Positions 57,351 through 64,000 of a stretch of 64,000 nucleotides of DNA are shown one piece after another (within the stretch, counting starts at the first letter, position 1; every line of letters begins with the position of its first letter). A program made the position numbers and the translations under genes. The notes under the pieces are model-generated. The model did no database searches and had not been told where the DNA came from. It worked only from the letters and a program-made list of their open reading frames with translations. The stretch is taken from sequence record DRR723986_585; one strand, written 5' to 3'.

Positions 57351-60038
57351 TTAGAACTTAACAATCAATCTTAAGTTGACTCTTCTTCCAGTTAAGTGGT
57401 TCGGAATGGCATAATACCTGCCCTCAATATCCTGTAACCACTGATAAGAGATAATATTATTAATTCCCAATAGGTTGAAGGCATCAAGACTCAAGGTCAC
57501 TTGCTCAAATTTATTCCAAACTTTTTTATTCTTGTACTTACTCTTCTTTTCAGGGTTGATAAAGTCATACATAAACCCTAAATCTACTCTAATATAAGCG
57601 TTGGTTCTCAGAACATCTTTGTAGCGTTCGTAAGTCGGAGGGCCATATGGTAAAGGTGTTCCAAGCGTCATATTAACGGATACTTTGAGGTCTTCCAACT
57701 TCGGCATCTTATCTTGGAAAAACAATGAGAATGTAAACATTTGATCTGTTGGCCTTGGGATAAAACCAGGGCTTTGAAGGATTGAATCTGTAGCAACGTC
57801 ATTAAACGTGAATCCCGGATTAATGGTGTCTCCATCTGAATTTAAATAGAGGTAATAATCGTCATTCAAGATATCCTCTTGAGTTCTTAAAAACCCAACT
57901 CTAAAGAATGATTCAACGCCTTTTATAAATTCACCATGTAGTTTGGCGTCAATTCCATAGGCATAAGCCACTGCAGAATTTTCAGCATAGTATCTAATTC
58001 TCACGTTATCAATTTCGTAAGGAACAACATCCCACATATGCTTGTAATAAGCTTCTGTTACAAATTTGAAGGGCCTGTTCCACATGTTGAAATATACATC
58101 CGCTCCAATAACGTTGTGCCATGATTTTTGAGATACGACATCTGGATTTAAACTTCCCAGAATTCCACGCATTGAACGATAGAGTGGTGGTTGGTAGTAA
58201 AGTCCTGAAGCTATTCTAAATTTTACGTTCCGTCTTGCAATAGTAGAGTCTTCACGTAAAATATACGATCTAGGAGTTATTGTAAAACTCATCCGAGGCG
58301 TTATCCAATATTCATCATTAAAGGTTCTATATCCTCCTCGTGTTCCTAAAGTAAATGCAACCTTAGCTGGACTGTTTTTGATTTCCTCTGTTATTCTATA
58401 TACTGATTTTGTGCTGTCGGTTTTAAACTTTTTCTTTAAATCAACAGTGATGTTTTTTCTTTTGATCCAATTCTGAGATAGTTGGATATGACCAGTGAAT
58501 CGATAACTTTCTACTCGGTTGTTCTGTTTAATTACTTCTTGTAAATCAATCTGATCACCAGAGCCAAGTGGAATCGAATATCCAGAAGAATCTATTAAAT
58601 GCCATTCACTCAATTCATCATTAAACAGCTCGTATTGGGCCTTGGTACCAAAACGCATTTCTGCAAAACTGCTAGAATTTGAACCGTTCTCTGCAATTTT
58701 TTGCTTGGTTTTGAAGTCGTATTTACCAGTCATATAAACGTTTCCAATCCAGACATCCAAATTGTTTCTGGCATGATCTAAAAATCCGCCTACACCCACA
58801 TTACTTGTTGAGTCCCCAAATTCTTCTTTTGCAGGATCAGTTTCTAATTGATTGATTAAATACTCTCCCAAAATGTCAAAATGCTCACTTTCAATCGAAT
58901 GAAATACAGAGCTCACGAAATTCATTTTCAATTGCTTGCTCTTTTTCCATTCTATTCCAGTAGCCGCAGTAAAGGTTTTAAATTTAGTTTCTTCTTGACC
59001 TTCGAAAAACACCTTTAATTGATAAGCTTCATTCACTGTTCCCCATGAAGTATTTCTAGTAGTAGGCACAAACTTGTAATTATTGGTGGAGTAGTGTCCG
59101 AGGACAAAAAGTTTGGTATAACGATCGTTGTTGTCGTAATTCAGGTAAAAATTGGAGAGTAATTGGTAATCAAAAAAGGTAGGGTTATAATCTCCTTTTG
59201 TTGGCAGTGATCCTATCAAATAGGCATTATTTCGATATCTAGCGCCTGTAATATAATTCCCACGTCTTCCGGCAAAAATTCCTTCAACATGTGCTTGAAC
59301 GCCCATCAAACTTGCTTGACCAGATCCACCAAAACTCAATGGTTCTCTGTACTGGATGTCCAATACGGACGAAAGCTTGTCACCGTAATAAGCGTCAAAT
59401 CCACCTGCTGAAAACGAAATGTTTTCTACAAAAGCTGAGTTGATAAAACTGAGTCCTTCTTGTTGACCAGATCTTACTAAAAAAGGTCGGTAGATTTCAA
59501 TTCCATTGACATAAATTAGATTTTCATCATAGTTTCCCCCTCGCACATTATAATTAGCCGTCAGCTCATTGTTAGATGCTACTCCAAGTCCAGCAATTTT
59601 AATCATGTCTTCAAAATTCCCCGAAGGACTAGGAAGTCGGGCAAGATCTACCTTAGGAAAACGATCCACAAACTCTCCTGGCCTGATGTAATCTACTCGG
59701 ACAGGCCCAAATTCATTTTGAGTCAAACGGAATGTTCCAAGGTCTTTATCCGTGTCATCAACATTGATAGATTCAACTAAAGGCTGTTTACCTGCATAAA
59801 CTATTCGTAAAGTGTAAATTTTATTGGGAGCCAATTGAATGCTGAATTTCCCTTGCTCATTCGTATAAGCTGCAACTCCTTGAATGCCATCAATTCGAAT
59901 GGATACGTCTTTGATTCCTCTGTTTTTTTCATCCACAATTTTACCTTTCAAATTAACTTCTTGACAGAAACTTAAACCTGAAATGAGGACAATTAATATG
60001 GATAAAAAGCTTTTCAAAATCTGCCCAAAAGTAAACAT
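57351..60038 (-). CDS. TonB-dependent-receptor-like outer-membrane protein with N-terminal CarboxypepD_reg-like domain
   Basis: GKIVDE, YNVRGG..DEN, GGFDAYYGDKLSSVLDI plug region; terminal Phe. Confidence 0.82.
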   Translation of the reverse strand: MFTFGQILKSFLSILIVLISGLSFCQEVNLKGKIVDEKNRGIKDVSIRIDGIQGVAAYTNEQGKFSIQLAPNKIYTLRIVYAGKQPLVESINVDDTDKDLGTFRLTQNEFGPVRVDYIRPGEFVDRFPKVDLARLPSPSGNFEDMIKIAGLGVASNNELTANYNVRGGNYDENLIYVNGIEIYRPFLVRSGQQEGLSFINSAFVENISFSAGGFDAYYGDKLSSVLDIQYREPLSFGGSGQASLMGVQAHVEGIFAGRRGNYITGARYRNNAYLIGSLPTKGDYNPTFFDYQLLSNFYLNYDNNDRYTKLFVLGHYSTNNYKFVPTTRNTSWGTVNEAYQLKVFFEGQEETKFKTFTAATGIEWKKSKQLKMNFVSSVFHSIESEHFDILGEYLINQLETDPAKEEFGDSTSNVGVGGFLDHARNNLDVWIGNVYMTGKYDFKTKQKIAENGSNSSSFAEMRFGTKAQYELFNDELSEWHLIDSSGYSIPLGSGDQIDLQEVIKQNNRVESYRFTGHIQLSQNWIKRKNITVDLKKKFKTDSTKSVYRITEEIKNSPAKVAFTLGTRGGYRTFNDEYWITPRMSFTITPRSYILREDSTIARRNVKFRIASGLYYQPPLYRSMRGILGSLNPDVVSQKSWHNVIGADVYFNMWNRPFKFVTEAYYKHMWDVVPYEIDNVRIRYYAENSAVAYAYGIDAKLHGEFIKGVESFFRVGFLRTQEDILNDDYYLYLNSDGDTINPGFTFNDVATDSILQSPGFIPRPTDQMFTFSLFFQDKMPKLEDLKVSVNMTLGTPLPYGPPTYERYKDVLRTNAYIRVDLGFMYDFINPEKKSKYKNKKVWNKFEQVTLSLDAFNLLGINNIISYQWLQDIEGRYYAIPNHLTGRRVNLRLIVKF

Positions 60039-60192
60039 TCGAACGTAAAGCAAAACGAATCCTTGCAATGATTATTTTAAGCAGGGAGATATTCTTTTAA
60101 ATTCGAATTGTTAATATTCTATTGCTGCCTTTTGCAAAATGAATGCTATCTACCCTTATTTTTGTGTAAATCAGAATTGTAATAGAACGAAG

Positions 60193-62043
60193 ATGGCGGA
60201 GAATCAATCAAATTATACAGAAGATAACATTAGATCCTTAGACTGGAAAGAGCATATTCGTATGCGACCAGGTATGTACATTGGTAAATTAGGGGATGGT
60301 GCTGCTGCTGATGATGGTATCTATGTACTTGTTAAAGAGATTGTAGATAATTCTATTGATGAATTTGTGATGGGGAATGGTAGACGAATTAATATCAAAA
60401 TTAAGGATGGAGTAGCCTCTGTGCGTGATTTTGGCCGTGGAATTCCACTAGGTAAAGTGATTGATTGTGTATCTAAAATAAACACGGGAGGTAAATACGA
60501 TTCTAAAGCCTTTAAAAAATCGGTAGGATTAAATGGGGTTGGTACAAAAGCAGTAAATGCACTGTCAGATAACTTTATAGTTGAATCAATACGTGAAGGA
60601 GAAAAGAAAAGAGCAGTCTTTTCAAAAGGTGAGATGATTGAGGATAATGAGGTGGTGAAAACGGATGAGCGGAACGGAACTTATTTTGAATTTATCCCTG
60701 ATCAATCGATTTTTAAGAATTATAAATACAGAATGCCTTATTTGGAGAAGCTATTCTGGAATTATTGTTATCTCAATCGTGGCTTAGCCATTTATTTCAA
60801 TAACGAAAAATTTATATCTGAAAACGGATTGAAGGATCTGCTCGAAGATAACATGGAGTCTGATCCATTATATCCAATTATTCATTTAGAAGGAGAAGAT
60901 ATTGAAGTAGCCTTTACACATGTGAGAAGTTACGGTGAGAATTACTATTCTTTCGTTAATGGACAACATACCACCCAAGGGGGGACACATCTTTCAGAAT
61001 TCAGAGGTGCTGTGGCTAAAGTGATCAAGGATTTTTTTGGTAAAAACTATGATGCTGTTGATATTAGACAATCAATAGTTGCTGCTGTTTCTGTAAAAGT
61101 GATAGAGCCAGTCTTTGAGTCACAAACTAAAACCAAATTAGGATCTCAAGAAATTGAGCCAGGAGGTAAAAGTATGCGTGCTTTTATCAATGATTTTTTG
61201 AAAGTTGAATTGGATAACTTTTTACATAAGAATCCAGAAACAGCTGATATTATCGAAAAGAAAATCAAGCAATCTGAGAAAGAAAGAAAAGAGTTATCTG
61301 GGATTAGAAAACTGGCTAGAGATCGCGCGAAGAAAGCAAACCTGCACAACAAAAAGTTAAGAGATTGTCGTGTGCATCTGAATGATGAAAAATCAGATAA
61401 AAAGGAAGCTTCAACAATCTTTATTACTGAGGGTGACTCGGCAAGTGGGTCAATAACCAAATCAAGAGATGTTTCAACTCAAGCTGTATTCAGTTTAAGA
61501 GGTAAGCCTTTGAATTGTTATGGATTAACCAAAAAAGTGGTGTATGAAAATGAGGAGTTTAATTTGTTGCAAGCGGCGTTAAACATAGAAGACGGGATTG
61601 AAGGTTTAAGGTATAACAATGTTGTAATCGCTACAGATGCAGATGTGGATGGAATGCATATCAGGCTGTTGATATTAACTTTCTTCCTTCAATTCTTTCC
61701 TGAGTTAGTACGAGGTGGACATGTTTATATTTTACAAACACCCTTGTTTAGGGTAAGAAACAAAAAAGAGACCCGTTATTGCTATTCAGAAGAGGAGCGG
61801 TTAGATGCACTTGCTAATTTAGGTAAAAACCCGGAGATAACAAGGTTTAAAGGGTTGGGAGAAATTTCTCCTGATGAATTCAAAAATTTTATCGGAGATG
61901 ATATCAGATTAGATCCGGTGTTAATAGGTAAAGATGCTAAAATAGAAGATGTTTTGAGCTATTACATGGGTAAAAATACGCAAGAACGACAAGAATTTAT
62001 TATTGACAATTTGAAGGTTGAAGAAGCGGTAGAGCCCATTTAA
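60193..62043 (+). CDS. parE: DNA topoisomerase IV subunit B
   Basis: [32 protein letters not shown] and RFKGLGE motifs. Confidence 0.92.
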   Translation: MAENQSNYTEDNIRSLDWKEHIRMRPGMYIGKLGDGAAADDGIYVLVKEIVDNSIDEFVMGNGRRINIKIKDGVASVRDFGRGIPLGKVIDCVSKINTGGKYDSKAFKKSVGLNGVGTKAVNALSDNFIVESIREGEKKRAVFSKGEMIEDNEVVKTDERNGTYFEFIPDQSIFKNYKYRMPYLEKLFWNYCYLNRGLAIYFNNEKFISENGLKDLLEDNMESDPLYPIIHLEGEDIEVAFTHVRSYGENYYSFVNGQHTTQGGTHLSEFRGAVAKVIKDFFGKNYDAVDIRQSIVAAVSVKVIEPVFESQTKTKLGSQEIEPGGKSMRAFINDFLKVELDNFLHKNPETADIIEKKIKQSEKERKELSGIRKLARDRAKKANLHNKKLRDCRVHLNDEKSDKKEASTIFITEGDSASGSITKSRDVSTQAVFSLRGKPLNCYGLTKKVVYENEEFNLLQAALNIEDGIEGLRYNNVVIATDADVDGMHIRLLILTFFLQFFPELVRGGHVYILQTPLFRVRNKKETRYCYSEEERLDALANLGKNPEITRFKGLGEISPDEFKNFIGDDIRLDPVLIGKDAKIEDVLSYYMGKNTQERQEFIIDNLKVEEAVEPI

Positions 62044-62109
62044 TTAATAATTACTACGCTTTAAACATTTTGACCTTAATTTTAGATTAAGAATGAATAA
62101 ATTGAATCA

Positions 62110-62814
62110 ATGAAAAACGTATTTTCCTTTTTTATCTTGATTCTGTTTGCCCAGTTTACATTTGCTCAAAGTGAAAAAGGTCAGGTTAATTTCTTGGTAG
62201 AGGTTGATAATGGTTATTTTGAAATTTTGGTAGATGATTCTATCTTTTTGAAAATCTATAAAGCTGATTTGGAACCAGGGAAACATTCGGCTAAAATCTG
62301 GTCTCCAGGCTATATCACGGCAGAAGTTGATTTTGAGGTGAAGACAAACGAAAAAACCAATGTCAATGTGCCAATGGTCGTTTCAAACGAAAGGCAAAAT
62401 TTTGAGCGAGAATACAAAGACTATCGCATGCAGTTTCATAAGCATCTCACCGTTCCACTCACATTTACTTTGGCGGCTTCATTGACTACTACTACTTTCA
62501 TGATTTATTCATACATCAATAAAAATAAAGTACAAGAAAATATTGAACTGTATCATTATTCACCCAATTACAATGACGTTCAAAAATATAAAGGCCTCGC
62601 TGAAACCCATAATCTCAAGTACAACCGATTAAGGGCTGGTTTTTACACCTCTTTGACGATTACAGGATTATCACTAGCTACAACCATCTATACATATAGA
62701 AGATTTAAGAAAAACTATACAGAACCAAAATTAAACTCTACTAGTCCTTTTAAAGATAGGTTTTCGTTCATGCCTTCACCATTTGGATTTCATTTAACAT
62801 ATAAAATAGGATGA
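62110..62814 (+). CDS. exported/membrane protein with PEGA-like N-terminal domain
   Basis: Signal peptide; L.PGKH..KI..PGY pattern; two C-terminal hydrophobic segments. Confidence 0.55.
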   Translation: MKNVFSFFILILFAQFTFAQSEKGQVNFLVEVDNGYFEILVDDSIFLKIYKADLEPGKHSAKIWSPGYITAEVDFEVKTNEKTNVNVPMVVSNERQNFEREYKDYRMQFHKHLTVPLTFTLAASLTTTTFMIYSYINKNKVQENIELYHYSPNYNDVQKYKGLAETHNLKYNRLRAGFYTSLTITGLSLATTIYTYRRFKKNYTEPKLNSTSPFKDRFSFMPSPFGFHLTYKIG

Positions 62815-63233
62815 TTAGGCTATTAATCTGTATATCGATTGGAATGACTTTGAGCTCTTGTTTAAAGAAGATAGACGAAATGGATAATTTGAATTCGAAT
62901 ATATTTGATCCAGAATATGCAGGGGATAAATGGTATTCAATTGATGATGCCTATTTATATACCAACTCATTTAATGATCAATACGTAAGAATTGAATATT
63001 CGATTCCAGAATCTGCTGTTCCTACCATTCAACCTACCGGAATTTCTATTATGTCTCAATGTAATAGTTATCCCGCTCAAACTGATTCGGCAGTTTTATC
63101 TTATAAAGGACACTATGAAGGTGTGCTTGAATATGTACCTGACGGAAGCACAGACTATTGCATAGATTTGGGCATTTATATCTGGAAGGAAGACACGACT
63201 ATAAATAGATTTTCAGAATGTGTTTCGTTGTAA
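62811..63233 (+). CDS. hypothetical lipoprotein
   Basis: Lipobox LSSC; ATGA overlap with the upstream gene. Confidence 0.65.
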   Translation: MIRLLICISIGMTLSSCLKKIDEMDNLNSNIFDPEYAGDKWYSIDDAYLYTNSFNDQYVRIEYSIPESAVPTIQPTGISIMSQCNSYPAQTDSAVLSYKGHYEGVLEYVPDGSTDYCIDLGIYIWKEDTTINRFSECVSL

Positions 63234-63258
63234 CAAAAAAAAGCTCTAAATTAGAGCT

Positions 63259-64000
63259 GTGAAGCTACAAATTACTCTAATATCACTGCTTTTTATATTT
63301 TCTTACAAAGTTCACGGTCAATATGACTGGATGAACGTTAATTTAGGAATGGCCGATCATTTAAGTGAAGTTGAAATGGTTAATGATACCATTTCATTTA
63401 TTGGAGGTCAAAACGGAACTATTTTAAAAACTGAGGATGCTGGTGCCAATTGGTCACTTCAAGTCAATTTAAATCCGACAAACACCGGAGGTAATAATGA
63501 TTGGGTAGAAGGGATTTATTTTTCTGATATTTCAAACGGATATGCTTTATTGCAAAGTTCTGAAGTTTTTAAAACGATTGATGGTGGAACAACTTGGTTT
63601 AGTTCATACTATACCTCTTCAAACCTTTCTTATGGTGAGGCCATGGATGCAGCTGACAGTCGTATCATTTTTGTGAGGTATGATCAGGTCATTTATACCG
63701 ATAATCAAGGTGTAATGTGGGATTCAACATCCTTACCTATTATTGGCGCATATGATATTGATATGGTTTCTGGTGGAATTGGTTATGTCTGCGGTCAAGG
63801 AGGAGCCTTGGCAATAACAACTGATTATGGTGATAGTTGGACTCAAGTATCTACAGGTTATTCTTACGATTTTCAAGCCGTTGAAGTGATTTCGAGCTCA
63901 AAATTAATTTTAGTAGCTGATGGAGGACATGTAATAATGACAACTGATGGTGGGTCAACATTCTTTGAAATCAGTCTTGGAACATCTGACGATTTAAGAA
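63259..64000 (+). CDS. YCF48/BNR (Asp-box) repeat beta-propeller protein; runs off the right edge of the window
   Basis: Manual translation from GTG: signal peptide, then repeated KTEDAGANW, KTIDGGTTW, TDNQGVMW, TTDYGDSW and TTDGGSTF. Confidence 0.8.
   Translation, partial: MKLQITLISLLFIFSYKVHGQYDWMNVNLGMADHLSEVEMVNDTISFIGGQNGTILKTEDAGANWSLQVNLNPTNTGGNNDWVEGIYFSDISNGYALLQSSEVFKTIDGGTTWFSSYYTSSNLSYGEAMDAADSRIIFVRYDQVIYTDNQGVMWDSTSLPIIGAYDIDMVSGGIGYVCGQGGALAITTDYGDSWTQVSTGYSYDFQAVEVISSSKLILVADGGHVIMTTDGGSTFFEISLGTSDDLR

Noticed and set aside
1925-61460. Numerous 60-137 aa ORFs nested in or antisense to long genes (e.g. 4619, 5379, 23057, 26440, 49798, 50809, 53230, 61146)
   Set aside because: They overlap well-supported conserved genes and show no recognisable motifs; expected shadow ORFs.
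1-64000. CRISPR arrays, tRNA/rRNA genes, transposases, prophage or defence systems
   Set aside because: No regularly spaced repeats, RNA-gene signatures or such ORFs were seen; intergenic gaps are short and mostly explained.

Overview
AT-rich chromosomal window from a Bacteroidota bacterium. The gene content and TAnnTTTG promoters fit Flavobacteriales, and the TPR-SpoIIE paralogs and protein style suggest a Crocinitomicaceae-like lineage (inference). About 54 CDSs were found, with no tRNA, rRNA, CRISPR array, integrase or transposase visible. Most content is housekeeping: type III glnA, a metX-hom-osmC-metZ operon under a SAM-I riboswitch, leuACDB, rocD, mtaB, miaA, dacB, a partial EPS locus (asnB, GT4, wza, wzc, rmlC, wecA-like), uvrA, sucD, mnmE and parE. 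The most interesting signals are: (1) an unannotated 32-aa leader peptide ending CWHLMSNCCC between the SAM-I aptamer and metX; (2) a kdsD-kdsA-kdsC-like operon built instead from a divergent Rpe-CBS fusion, a variant DAH7P-synthase-type aldolase and an HTH-KdsC fusion; (3) a FadL, a catalytically dead SGNH lipoprotein and a T9SS esterase forming a possible lipid-uptake module; (4) a 513-aa helical-repeat protein divergent from leuA; (5) a repeat/uORF-containing rocD leader; (6) yigZ with no canonical start codon. All calls come from reading the sequence and recognising motifs; no searches were run.
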